From an uncultured Clostridia bacterium (GTDB lineage: Bacteria > Bacillota > Clostridia > TANB77 > CAG-508), in assembly GCA_947623945.1 (NCBI GenBank), contig CANQHU010000001.1:15705-79704 (forward strand): a stretch of 64,000 nt of DNA. Direction: 5' to 3'. The position numbers and the translations under genes were made by a program. The notes under the pieces were generated by a model. The model was given only the letters and a program-made list of their open reading frames with translations, made no database searches and was not told where the DNA came from. Below are positions 1 through 9,330 of this stretch, one piece after another; within the stretch, counting starts at the first letter, position 1, and the number at the start of each line of letters is the position of its first letter.

Positions 1-907
1 GCGAACAGCGCTGAAACGCATATTTTTCCACCTCTATTGTTGTGTTTGGCAGAACAATGTTTTGTAACTGGTCACAATCCTGAAAGGCATGGGCGGAAAT
101 CTTTTCAAGAGACTCCGGAAAAGTTACTGTTTGTAATTTGGAACAGTGTTCAAATGCATTTTCGCCAATCTCTTTTAACTGACCGGATAATTGAATGTCA
201 GACAGTTCTGAACAGTTTAAGAATGCGCCATATCCAAGTTGTGTCACTGCATCCGGAAGAGACATATTTGACAGGGAAGTGCAATCTTCAAACGCAAAGG
301 ACGAAATGGTCTGTACACTGTCAGGCAACGCAACCTGCTGTAATGCTCCACACTGGTTAAACATGGTACTGGAAATGTCTTTGACAGGACCTAATATTTC
401 TACTTTTACTAAATCGTTGCATTGAGCAAAAGCACCATACCCAATCACATCAACGGCAGCGGGAACCGATGCCTCTACCAATCCACTGCCTGTAAAGGCA
501 TTGTCTCCAATATATCGCAAGGATTCTGGCAGTAAAATATTTGTCAATTCGGAACACTGTTGAAATGCAGAGCGTCGAATTTTTGTCAGTCCATTTGGCA
601 AATCCACCTGTTCCAATTGGTAACAGCCTTGAAATACGCCATCCTCCAATTTGGTGACCTTCTCCGGTAATGTCATCTGTTTTAATTCAATACAACCGGC
701 AAAGGCAAAAGCACCAATCATTTCTACCGTATCCGGCAGATGAATTTCCGTACATTCACAATCTGCAAAAGCCCGAAATCCGATTCCGGTAACCGGCTTG
801 CCGTCCAATTCTTTCGGCACGGTGACTACATCTTTGGAAAATCCCATATATTCCGTAATCGTCACCCCTGTTTCATTTGTAACATACTCATAAAGTTCTT
901 CTTTCAC
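1..907 (-). CDS. BspA-type leucine-rich-repeat (LRR_5-like) protein, N-terminal ~302 codons; 3' end runs off the window
   Basis: My translation of the minus strand from GTG 905-907 (SD aaaggag upstream) is stop-free to position 1: VKEELYEYVTNETGVTITEYMGF...GKPVTGIGFRAFADCECTEIHLPDTVEMIGAFAFAGC... It has the same N-cap and ~23-aa xLPxSVxxIGxxAFxxC repeats as the LRR genes at 2759-8086. The GTG overlaps the TGA of the upstream gene (GTGA). It is absent from the ORF track because no stop lies inside the window. Confidence 0.7.
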   Translation of the reverse strand, partial: MKEELYEYVTNETGVTITEYMGFSKDVVTVPKELDGKPVTGIGFRAFADCECTEIHLPDTVEMIGAFAFAGCIELKQMTLPEKVTKLEDGVFQGCYQLEQVDLPNGLTKIRRSAFQQCSELTNILLPESLRYIGDNAFTGSGLVEASVPAAVDVIGYGAFAQCNDLVKVEILGPVKDISSTMFNQCGALQQVALPDSVQTISSFAFEDCTSLSNMSLPDAVTQLGYGAFLNCSELSDIQLSGQLKEIGENAFEHCSKLQTVTFPESLEKISAHAFQDCDQLQNIVLPNTTIEVEKYAFQRCS

Positions 908-2169
908 GATATCACTCCTTTCTGGTTCGTTGTAATCATTTCTATTTTCTTATGCCGATGAATGGCAATCCCATAACAAGTTAATCGGATGAGTTCCAAT
1001 CCCAAAATATTGCCCCAAATTCCGGCTATATATCCATGACCAAGATACACCAAGAACCAAGTTCCTGCGACGGCACCAAGAAAGCCAAGAATGGAAGAAG
1101 TCAGTAATACGGTATCCCAAAGATGAATGTTAATGACTGCATAGACTGTTTCGGATACCGAGATAGCGAGCAGAGCCAATAACATCAGTAACAAATAAGG
1201 GAAACATTCCAAAAAACTCAGTTTTCCGTGACAGAGGAACAAAAAGAAAATTCCCAAAGTCATATTGGCAAAAAAGGATGTTCCGAGCAATTCCCGGAAC
1301 ATTCGCAGAGCATAGGCTAAATCTCGTTGAAACATCCGTCGGGAAGTCTGAAACAATTTTCGTACAATGTTCTTATAACAGGCGTCTGTCGAAGTCGTTT
1401 TGATGTACAACATCACGGAAGAACAGACGCCAATAATAGCGTATTGCCGACTGGGCAATACACTTAACGCCATATTTGCAATGCTTCTGGTGCCCCGGGC
1501 GAAGAAATTCATGATAACACGAGGCAAACCAATTTGGAATACTTCCAAAAAAGCACTTCGGTTCATTACACCAGCTACTTCCGGCTCAAAGAAATGTCCG
1601 GAAAGTATCAAACCCCCGACAAAAACTAAAACCTGTAAAAAGGAACTCACACCCGACATCACCAACATACCCGGCAGACCCCAGCCAAGGTGTAAGGCAA
1701 GAATATCCGTCGCAATCAATGCAATCATCCATACCACAGAGGAAATACTATATAATTTATGATACCCCTTCAACTGAATATGATAGTCATAAAACCAGTT
1801 GACGCCACGGAACGGGAACATGATAGCCATACTCTTAATGCAAATAATCAATAACTTCTGTTGGGCCGTAGAAAAAGCAAACAAACTGGCAATTCTCTCA
1901 CTTCCAAAGAATGTGAGGACACTAATCAATAAGGAAACAACCAACTGTACCAGACAACACATTCTTCGGTTACGGTTGGTTGTACGATTCGTCTGGCTGC
2001 CGATGGAAACTAACGCATAGCACACACTTTCAATGGCTCCACAGGCAGAGGCAACACAAATCTCATCAAGACCAAGATGATTGGCAAACGATGAGTCGAT
2101 AATCCCTGCCATACTCGTCATAACGCCCATCACCGTCAATGCCAGAAAATTTTTCTTCAAGGTTGTCAT
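904..2169 (-). CDS. Polytopic membrane transporter, MATE/MOP-superfamily-like (421 aa)
   Basis: ORF track. Hydrophobic throughout. The N-terminus LKKNFLALTVMGVMTSMAGIIDSSFANHLGLDEICVASACGAIESV resembles the MATE N-terminal consensus. Paralogous to 39398-40612. SD GGAGG is separated from the ATG by an A10 run (T10 at 2171-2180 on +). Confidence 0.5.
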   Translation of the reverse strand: MTTLKKNFLALTVMGVMTSMAGIIDSSFANHLGLDEICVASACGAIESVCYALVSIGSQTNRTTNRNRRMCCLVQLVVSLLISVLTFFGSERIASLFAFSTAQQKLLIICIKSMAIMFPFRGVNWFYDYHIQLKGYHKLYSISSVVWMIALIATDILALHLGWGLPGMLVMSGVSSFLQVLVFVGGLILSGHFFEPEVAGVMNRSAFLEVFQIGLPRVIMNFFARGTRSIANMALSVLPSRQYAIIGVCSSVMLYIKTTSTDACYKNIVRKLFQTSRRMFQRDLAYALRMFRELLGTSFFANMTLGIFFLFLCHGKLSFLECFPYLLLMLLALLAISVSETVYAVINIHLWDTVLLTSSILGFLGAVAGTWFLVYLGHGYIAGIWGNILGLELIRLTCYGIAIHRHKKIEMITTNQKGVIS

Positions 2170-2255
2170 GTTTTTTTTTTGTTCCTCCTAAACGATATTC
2201 TTAGTTTATTATAAGGGGAACTGGTCTAAAATTCAAGAGACTGTCAAGCAGTCTC

Positions 2256-2735
2256 TTACAAAGACGACGGGTCTAATATTTGAGAAACGGTCAAACCACT
2301 GCCAACAGCGCCTACGGAATATGACTTTGCAGAATGCGGTTCTTCTAAGTCCGCAAGGTCTTCATCCGATAACTGTATCTCATTGTTTTCTGCTAACAAG
2401 GATTGTTTGAGGGAATTTGGAATTGTGCCTTTTTCAACAATTTCTTTGTTCACAGTAAAATAATTCTGGCTTATCTTTTTGATACTGTCACTTACTTCTT
2501 CCACCATAGTACAGGATGGCATTGAATTAGCACTGGCATCGTATTCGCACCCGATATACCGGTTTTTATTCGTCCCATTTATCAATGTCAAATCAACGAG
2601 TAAATTTGCTTTCTCCGCCTGTATCTCCTTTTCAATCTCGTCCATAGAATTTAGTGGATTTTCATAAGATGTGGCAATGACAAGAAAATCATATGCCTCA
2701 TTCTTTAACTTAAAAACTTCAAAATTGTGATTCAT
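2256..2735 (-). CDS. Hypothetical leaderless protein (159 aa) carrying the IQLSDEDLADL tail motif
   Basis: ORF track 2256-2759. The internal ATG (M9, MNHNFEVF) has SD aaaggaga 6 nt upstream, and the longer start would overlap the preceding stop. The motif lies ~30 aa before the C-terminus. Confidence 0.6.
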   Translation of the reverse strand: MNHNFEVFKLKNEAYDFLVIATSYENPLNSMDEIEKEIQAEKANLLVDLTLINGTNKNRYIGCEYDASANSMPSCTMVEEVSDSIKKISQNYFTVNKEIVEKGTIPNSLKQSLLAENNEIQLSDEDLADLEEPHSAKSYSVGAVGSGLTVSQILDPSSL

Positions 2736-2758
2736 AATAAATCTCCTTTTTCCAATCA

Positions 2759-3013
2759 TTATTTTGCTAGGTCATTTTCTTCTAAATCTGCAAGGTCATC
2801 AGCCGATAATTGCATCTCATATGGAGTACCTGTAAAAGCGGTTTCTGCTATTTGTGCATCCGTTGGAATAGAAATTTCTTTCAAAGTACAATTTTTAAAC
2901 GCTTCTTTTCCGATGTGTGTTACACTGTCCGGGATTGTAATGTTTGTAAGAGATTTTTGTGTCAAAGTAATACCATTTTCTGCTGTTTCATATTCAAAAT
3001 TTACATTTTCCAT
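2759..3013 (-). CDS. Minimal BspA-type LRR protein (84 aa): N-cap + ~2 repeats + acidic tail
   Basis: MENVNFEYETAENGITLTQ...IPDSVTHIGKEAFKNC...AETAFTGTPYEMQLSADDLADLEENDLAK. SD aaggaagg. The 3' ~70 nt are near-identical to the 3' end of 3043-3699. Confidence 0.65.
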   Translation of the reverse strand: MENVNFEYETAENGITLTQKSLTNITIPDSVTHIGKEAFKNCTLKEISIPTDAQIAETAFTGTPYEMQLSADDLADLEENDLAK

Positions 3014-3042
3014 TGTTTAATACCTTCCTTTCTTATCTGTTA

Positions 3043-3699
3043 CTACTTCAATATGTCCTTTTCTGAGTCTGCAACATCATCATCTGATAATTGCATTGCA
3101 TATGGAGTATCTGTAAAAGCGGTTTCTGCTATTTGTGCATCCTTTGGAATGATAATTTCTTGTAAGCCACATAAAGCAAATGCAGAGTCTCCAATTTTTG
3201 TCACACTATTGGGAATTGTAGCATGAACCAGCTCATAACAGCAGCTAAATGTACCACATTTAATTTCTTTCACACCCTCTGGGATTGTGATTTCTGTAAG
3301 GGACTCACAGTTTGCAAATGCAAAGGCTCCAATTTCTTTCACACCCTCTGGGATTGTAATTTCTGTAAGGGACGCACAGTCTTCAAATGTACTATCTTCA
3401 ATTTCTTTCACACCCTCTGGGATTGTGATTTCTGTGAGAGACTCACAGCCATGAAACGCCCTATCTCCAATGCTTGTTACCGTATCTGGAATGATAACGG
3501 TTTTTATCTCCTCTCCATATTGATAGCCACGACCCTTATAACCATAACCGATTGGAGAAAATAGACTACGGCCAAGAGAAACTACCTTCTTTCCATCTAT
3601 CTCTTCCGGGATATCAATATGAATTTTTTCCTCTCCAAGATATTTGGTCAAAGTGATACCGTTTTCTGTTGTTTCATATTCATAATTTGCATTCTTCAT
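3043..3699 (-). CDS. BspA-type LRR protein (218 aa), leaderless, acidic tail
   Basis: ORF track 3043-3783. Start moved to M29 (MKNANYEYETTENGITLTKY), which has SD aaggaagg. Contains repeats EITIPEGVKEIxxxAFxxCxSLT and the tail MQLSDDDVADSEKDILK. Confidence 0.75.
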   Translation of the reverse strand: MKNANYEYETTENGITLTKYLGEEKIHIDIPEEIDGKKVVSLGRSLFSPIGYGYKGRGYQYGEEIKTVIIPDTVTSIGDRAFHGCESLTEITIPEGVKEIEDSTFEDCASLTEITIPEGVKEIGAFAFANCESLTEITIPEGVKEIKCGTFSCCYELVHATIPNSVTKIGDSAFALCGLQEIIIPKDAQIAETAFTDTPYAMQLSDDDVADSEKDILK

Positions 3700-3724
3700 T
3701 GTTTGATACCTTCCTTTCTTATTT

Positions 3725-5536
3725 TTATACTTCAGGACCGTATATGGCCATTTCACTCGATTTAAGCGGTTCCAGCTCTGCAATATCTTCTATAGATAAT
3801 CTCATGCTGTCATATGGAGTTCCGTGAAAGGGTTCCCCCTCCATTTCCACACTTTCCGGAATTGAAGCGTGTTGCAGCGATTCACAGTTTGCAAAGGCAC
3901 GAGCGTTCAGATGTACATTTTCCGGCAAGGTAAGCCGCTCCAAATGATAACAGTTTTGGAACGCCCAGCCACCAATTCTGATTACCGCATCCGGTATAGT
4001 CAGTTCTTTGATGTGGGTTTCTTCAAAGGTATATCCGTTAATCCACTCCAATGTATCCGGGAATGTAACCTCTTCCAAGCTGGAGCAGTGAGAAAATGCC
4101 TTAGATGCAATACGACGCAGATTATCCGAAAATGCTATCGACTCTAAATGGGAACAGTTCATAAATGTCCCGTCCTTGATTTCGGTTACCCCATTTGGAA
4201 TCGAAGCCGTCCATAAGGAGGAGCAATTGCGGAATGCATATTCCCCAATTTCGATTACCGAATCCGAAATGAAAACTTCTTTTAAGTTACTGCACCATGC
4301 AAACGCCATTGGTCCAATTTTTGTGACCGTATCCGGGATTTCCACACTTTGCACCAAATCCCATTGTTGAAATGCCCGGTCTCCGATTTCTGTCACCGGT
4401 TTTCCATCAATTTCTCTTGGAATGGATACAATAAATGCGTTCCCCCGATAGCGGGTAATCGTAATCCCGGTATCATTTTCCACATAATCATATGGTTTTG
4501 TTGTTTCCTGCCGTCCATAATGCAGGGTACCGGCAAAGGTATTCCGGTCAAATTTTGCATCTTCGGGAAAGGAAAGGGATTCTAATGCGACACAGTTTTG
4601 AAACGCCTGTACGCCGACCTCTTTTATCGTATCCGGAGAGGTAAGGGCACTTAGATGAATACAATTATGAAATGCATTATCCCCAATGCGGGTCGTTTCC
4701 TCCCCAAAAGACACAGCCTGCAATGCGGTACAATCTTCCATGGCGCCATTTGGAATTTCAGAGACGCCGTCCGGAAACGCAATGGTTTTTAATGAACGAC
4801 AGCCAGAAAAGGCATAGGCGCCAATCCGTTTTAGCGTACTTGGCATTTGAATATCCTGTAAGGAAACGCAGCCTTCCAACACACCCGAACCTTGTGAATT
4901 TTCTTCGTTTTCCATGCCGTCGCCGAAAGTCAATAACCCTTCCGGCAGAGAAAGGAGCTCCAAGCGTTTACAACCGTGAAAGGCGCCGTCCCAGATGTGT
5001 TGTACGGAATTGGGTACAACAACTTCTTTTAGATTGACACAGTTTTGAAACATATGATAATTTAATATTTCTAGCTGATTGGATAACTGCACTTCTTTTA
5101 ACTTCGTACACTCGGCAAACACACCGACATCCATGCGCGTAACGGAATCTGGAATCGTCATTCGTTCCAAGTTGCTGCATTCCGCAAAGGCATACCGATG
5201 AATCGCTGTTACCGTATCCGGAATTTCTACTTCCGTTAAAGAGGGACACTTTTGGAAAACATGACCACTTAATTCTGTTAAATTTCGAGACAACCACACT
5301 TTCTGTAACGCACGGCAATTATGAAAGGCCCCAACTCCGATGTTGGTGACAGAGTCGGGAATATGAACTTCCTGAATGATAGAATTGCCGGCAAAGGCAT
5401 TGTCTGCAATTTGAGTCACCGGCCTTCCACCCAAACTTTCCGGAATCCAAATCTTCGTTTCCGTGAAAGAATCCGGAATGACCGGTTCGTAATTTACAAT
5501 GGTCACGCCGGTGTCGTTATTTTGATATTCATACAT
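3725..5536 (-). CDS. BspA-type LRR protein (603 aa), leaderless, acidic tail
   Basis: ORF track 3725-5563. Start moved to M10 (MYEYQNNDTGVTIVNYE), which has an SD. Contains more than 20 IPDSVTxIGxxAFxxC repeats and the tail MRLSIEDIAELEPLK. Confidence 0.8.
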   Translation of the reverse strand: MYEYQNNDTGVTIVNYEPVIPDSFTETKIWIPESLGGRPVTQIADNAFAGNSIIQEVHIPDSVTNIGVGAFHNCRALQKVWLSRNLTELSGHVFQKCPSLTEVEIPDTVTAIHRYAFAECSNLERMTIPDSVTRMDVGVFAECTKLKEVQLSNQLEILNYHMFQNCVNLKEVVVPNSVQHIWDGAFHGCKRLELLSLPEGLLTFGDGMENEENSQGSGVLEGCVSLQDIQMPSTLKRIGAYAFSGCRSLKTIAFPDGVSEIPNGAMEDCTALQAVSFGEETTRIGDNAFHNCIHLSALTSPDTIKEVGVQAFQNCVALESLSFPEDAKFDRNTFAGTLHYGRQETTKPYDYVENDTGITITRYRGNAFIVSIPREIDGKPVTEIGDRAFQQWDLVQSVEIPDTVTKIGPMAFAWCSNLKEVFISDSVIEIGEYAFRNCSSLWTASIPNGVTEIKDGTFMNCSHLESIAFSDNLRRIASKAFSHCSSLEEVTFPDTLEWINGYTFEETHIKELTIPDAVIRIGGWAFQNCYHLERLTLPENVHLNARAFANCESLQHASIPESVEMEGEPFHGTPYDSMRLSIEDIAELEPLKSSEMAIYGPEV

Positions 5537-5575
5537 AGGGTAAACTTCCTTTCTTAAAATCATTGCATATTCTTA

Positions 5576-6634
5576 TCAGCGCACCAGCCCGGTATCTCCC
5601 AAGCCTGCAATATTCCCATCCGATATTCGCATAGCTCCATAAGGTGTATCTTCAAATGCAGTTTCCGCTACTTTCACATTCTTTGGAAGAGAAACCTCTT
5701 TCAAAGACGGACAGTAAGAAAATGCTCCGCCCTCAATTTCTGTTACGGAGTCCGGAATGATAACCTGTTTCAGATTTGGACACTGGGAAAAACCGCCCGG
5801 ACCAATCGTGGTGATTCCCTCCGGAATCTCCAACTTTTCCACATCATAGGTATTCCATCCAAAATTGGAATACGGGGCCATAATCGTCGTCACTTTTCTT
5901 CCATAAACTTCTGTTGGAATCGGCGTATGGCTGTTTGGGCCAGACACATCAATGCCAAGAATGGTCACGGTTTCGTCATCGTCCTCTACTCGGCACAGCA
6001 AATCCTCTATTTGTACAGAAATTCCGCCAAGATTTTGGTTGGCCGCCCATGTGGCTTCATAGGGTGTATGGGTAAAGGGGCATCCGTCCCAAAAAAATTC
6101 CTCATCTTTCGCGTATTTTGGCAAAACCACTTCTGTTAAACGCTCACAATCTGCAAACGACTTGTATCCAATTCTTATCACAGCGTCCGGAATTTCCACT
6201 TTCTCTAACCGGCTGCAATGAGCAAAGGCATAACCTGAAATAGTGCCTAATGACTTGGATAAGGTTACGCTTTCCAATTCCACACAGTTTGAAAAGACAC
6301 TGGGGCCCATAAGGGCCACGCTATCCGGGATAGTAATCGCTTTCAATTTACAATCCCGAAACGCCTCTCCTCCGATTTCCCTTAATCCATCGGGTAACGA
6401 AACCGTGGTTAATTGATTATACTCGGCAAAAGCGTAAGCTCCGATTTCTGTCACCGGCTTCCCGTCAATGGTATCCGGAATGGTAAGCTCTGTAACGGTA
6501 CGGTCTGCATATTCCTCCACAGTGATGCCGGTTTCATTTTCCGTATATGTCCATAGACCACTGGTCATTCGTGTTTTCCCTGCCTCTTCCCATTCTGCTT
6601 CTAAAACGGATAGTTCTGTTTCTTCATTTCTCAT
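5576..6634 (-). CDS. BspA-type LRR protein (352 aa), leaderless, acidic tail
   Basis: ORF track 5576-6661. Start moved to M10 (MRNEETELSV), which has SD aaggaag. Contains LRR repeats and the tail MRISDGNIAGLGDTGLVR. Confidence 0.8.
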   Translation of the reverse strand: MRNEETELSVLEAEWEEAGKTRMTSGLWTYTENETGITVEEYADRTVTELTIPDTIDGKPVTEIGAYAFAEYNQLTTVSLPDGLREIGGEAFRDCKLKAITIPDSVALMGPSVFSNCVELESVTLSKSLGTISGYAFAHCSRLEKVEIPDAVIRIGYKSFADCERLTEVVLPKYAKDEEFFWDGCPFTHTPYEATWAANQNLGGISVQIEDLLCRVEDDDETVTILGIDVSGPNSHTPIPTEVYGRKVTTIMAPYSNFGWNTYDVEKLEIPEGITTIGPGGFSQCPNLKQVIIPDSVTEIEGGAFSYCPSLKEVSLPKNVKVAETAFEDTPYGAMRISDGNIAGLGDTGLVR

Positions 6635-6673
6635 ATTGGATTTCTTCCTTCTTAAAATCATTGCATATTCTTA

Positions 6674-8086
6674 TCAGCGCACCAGCCCGGTATCTCCCAA
6701 ACCGTCAAGGTCATTGCTGGACAGTCCGAACGGCCCCTGTTCCATTTCCTCTTTGGCAATCGGTGTATTCCGAAAGGCTTCCGGGTGTACCCGTACTGAA
6801 TCGGCAGCGTCGTCATAGGTGACATCGGATAGTCTGGTACAAGAACGGAACGCATCGGCCTGAATTTCCTCCACCGATTCCGGAATTTCCATCTTCGTAA
6901 TATTGGTGCAATAGCCAAACGCCCCGGAATCTATGGATTCTAACTGCTGCGGCAGGGCTACATCGGTTAAGGACTCGCATCCATAGAAAGTTCGCTCTTT
7001 TAAATAAATCACACTGTTGGAAAGCTGTACCTGTTTTAAATTCGTACACTGATTGAACGCATCAGCTCCGATGTTGGTTACCGTATTGGGAAGAGAAACA
7101 GACTCTAACTGATTACAGCAATGGAATGCATGGTCTCCAATCGAAACCATACCGGCTTTTTCCGAAATGTCCAAATTGCATTCCTGCAAGGCAATACAAT
7201 TTTCAAAGGCAGCCAGTCCAATGGATTGAATCGTCGGCGGAAGAGTGACCTTCTCCAAATCCCAACATTCCGCAAAGGCATAATTTTCAATACGGGTTAC
7301 CGGCTTTCCGTTAATGGTCTCCGGAATCTCAATCTCGTGATGTACTCGTTTGCCGGCAAATCCGGTAATCGTGATTTCCTCGTCGCGTTCCAGATAAGTG
7401 AAATCTTCTGGCCGTTTGCCGCCTCGTTTTGCCTCCGGCATATCCAAGGACTTACAGCCATCAAACGCCCGCTCGGCAAGGTCTGCTTTTGCCTTATCAT
7501 CAAAGCGAATGCCCAATAATTTATGACAGCCATAAAAGGCATAATCATCAATTCGTTCCAACTGGTCAGAAAAGTGCAGCCAAGTTAAGCTGTTACAACA
7601 GCCGAATGCATCTTGTCCCACTTCTTTGACGGCCGGTGGAATGGTTAGGTTTTGTAAGACCAGACAGTTATAAAAGGTACAGGGAGCAATCTTTGTCATC
7701 TGTTCCGATAATTTGGCCGTGTGAAGCTGTACATCGTTGGCAAACACCTCAGAGCCTAAATAGTTTACACTGTCCGGAAGAGAAATAGACGGTAACACGG
7801 TACAATCCCGAAAGGCACCATCGTTTATCCGCTGCAAACCCTCCGGCAACTGAATGGACGCCAGATTCGTACACCCTTCAAAGGCATAGGCACCAACGGT
7901 TTTTACCTCTCTTGGTAACGAGACAAATTTGACATCATTATTTCCACAAAAGGCATATTCGCCAATCTCATCTACCGGTTTTCCGTTAATGGTATCCGGT
8001 AAAGTCACCATCTCTTCTTTTCCCATATATCGGGTAATCGTAATACCATCTGCTTTTTCCTTATATTCTACATTTCCTAATCGCAT
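6674..8086 (-). CDS. BspA-type LRR protein (470 aa), leaderless, acidic tail
   Basis: ORF track 6674-8098. Start moved to M5 (MRLGNVEYKEKADGITITRY), which has SD aaaggatgg. Tail LSSNDLDGLGDTGLVR. The last 8 codons plus the downstream spacer are identical to those of 5576-6634. Confidence 0.8.
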   Translation of the reverse strand: MRLGNVEYKEKADGITITRYMGKEEMVTLPDTINGKPVDEIGEYAFCGNNDVKFVSLPREVKTVGAYAFEGCTNLASIQLPEGLQRINDGAFRDCTVLPSISLPDSVNYLGSEVFANDVQLHTAKLSEQMTKIAPCTFYNCLVLQNLTIPPAVKEVGQDAFGCCNSLTWLHFSDQLERIDDYAFYGCHKLLGIRFDDKAKADLAERAFDGCKSLDMPEAKRGGKRPEDFTYLERDEEITITGFAGKRVHHEIEIPETINGKPVTRIENYAFAECWDLEKVTLPPTIQSIGLAAFENCIALQECNLDISEKAGMVSIGDHAFHCCNQLESVSLPNTVTNIGADAFNQCTNLKQVQLSNSVIYLKERTFYGCESLTDVALPQQLESIDSGAFGYCTNITKMEIPESVEEIQADAFRSCTRLSDVTYDDAADSVRVHPEAFRNTPIAKEEMEQGPFGLSSNDLDGLGDTGLVR

Positions 8087-8158
8087 ATTTGTGACCATCC
8101 TTTCTATTTTTACATGAAATAATTATACCATAGTTTCTTTCCACTGAAAATGCAGTTG

Positions 8159-9214
8159 TCACTTCGTCGGGGCTTTCTTAACTTCTTCTTTCTCTGCTTC
8201 CTCATTCAATTCTGCAAGGTCTTCGTCGGCAATCACTACTTCTTCTTTGGGAAGCGGTGGCAACTGCGCCTCGGCCAGTTCCACCATGCGTTTGATAATA
8301 TCCTCTTTTTCACCTTCTATCCGGCATCCCGCTGCCTGTTTGTGTCCACCGCCGCCAAATTCAGCGGCTATCTGATTGGCGTCCACCAATCCATTCGAGC
8401 GGATGGAACAGCCAAACTCACCGGATTCATGGCAGTTGTGCAGCCAGATAGCGCATTCGACGCCGTCCGTAGACCGCAGGGTATCAGCAATGCCGCCGGT
8501 ATCCTTTGCCGTGGCGCCACATTCATCAAAGACATCTTTGGTCACGCAGGATACAATAATGCGTCCGCCGGAGTATAAGGTCGCCGCGTCTAAGGCTTTG
8601 GCCCACATCTTATTTTGCGTAAAATTTTTCTTGTAAAAGGTTTCCTCAATCACATATCGGTTTCTGGCGCCCTTTCCCATTAAAGTTCCCGCTATTTGCA
8701 TGGTTTCCGGACTGGTATTTTCATATTTGAACACACCGGTGTCATGCACCATGCCCAGATACAAGGCTTCCGCGCATTCCTGCCCAATCTTTGCTTCGTC
8801 TAAGAAATGAAAAACCATCTCCGACGCCGAACTGGCATTGGCGTCAATATAACAAAGGTCACCAAACCCCGGATTGCTGGCATGGTGGTCGATACACACC
8901 GTTCGTTTTGCCGACTCATAAAGCGGCGCAAAATCTCCCAGCCGTTCGAGTGTGGCGCAATCCAATGACAGACACAAATCATAAGTCTTCTCCTGCGGCT
9001 CCAATAAGACTTCATCCGCGCCTCCCAAAAAGGCGAGCTTTTCTTTGACGCCGCCTAAATACACATCGACCGGTTTTTCCGGATAATTGTCCTTCATATA
9101 GTTATAAAATCCCAGACACGAGCCGACGCAATCTCCGTCCGGCCCGATATGTCCCAGCACTACAATGTTCTTTGCCTCTTCGATTTCTTTCCAAAAATCC
9201 TGTTTCGTTGCCAT
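8159..9214 (-). CDS. nrnA: DHH/DHHA1 phosphoesterase, NrnA-like (nanoRNase/pAp phosphatase family) with a ~40-aa C-terminal extension carrying the acidic tail motif
   Basis: Motifs HIGPDGDCVGS, CIDHHASN (DHH) and GGGGHKQAAG (DHHA1). The extension is ...LPPLPKEEVVIADEDLAELNEEAEKEEVKKAPTK. Confidence 0.8.
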   Translation of the reverse strand: MATKQDFWKEIEEAKNIVVLGHIGPDGDCVGSCLGFYNYMKDNYPEKPVDVYLGGVKEKLAFLGGADEVLLEPQEKTYDLCLSLDCATLERLGDFAPLYESAKRTVCIDHHASNPGFGDLCYIDANASSASEMVFHFLDEAKIGQECAEALYLGMVHDTGVFKYENTSPETMQIAGTLMGKGARNRYVIEETFYKKNFTQNKMWAKALDAATLYSGGRIIVSCVTKDVFDECGATAKDTGGIADTLRSTDGVECAIWLHNCHESGEFGCSIRSNGLVDANQIAAEFGGGGHKQAAGCRIEGEKEDIIKRMVELAEAQLPPLPKEEVVIADEDLAELNEEAEKEEVKKAPTK

Positions 9215-9230
9215 TTTTCTCTTCCTTTCT

Positions 9231-9257
9231 GAAAATGGGAGGAATAGTTCCTCCCAT
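9231..9257 (-). terminator. Hairpin ATGGGAGGAA-tag-TTCCTCCCAT + U run between the 579-aa gene and nrnA
   Basis: A perfect 10-bp stem read directly, followed on the minus strand by TTTTC. It sits ~20 nt upstream of the nrnA start. Confidence 0.45.
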
Positions 9258-9330
9258 TAGTGATTGGTTTCCTCTTCTTCCGAATGTATGCTTAGGTAAA
9301 CGGTATAACCGAATTCCGTGTTACGATTTC

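Noticed and set aside
2343-2378. The acidic tail as a dockerin-like or calcium-binding module
   Set aside because: The motif is only ~9 residues and is not duplicated as an F-hand pair. It lacks the DxNxDGxID pattern. No cohesin-like partner is recognisable.
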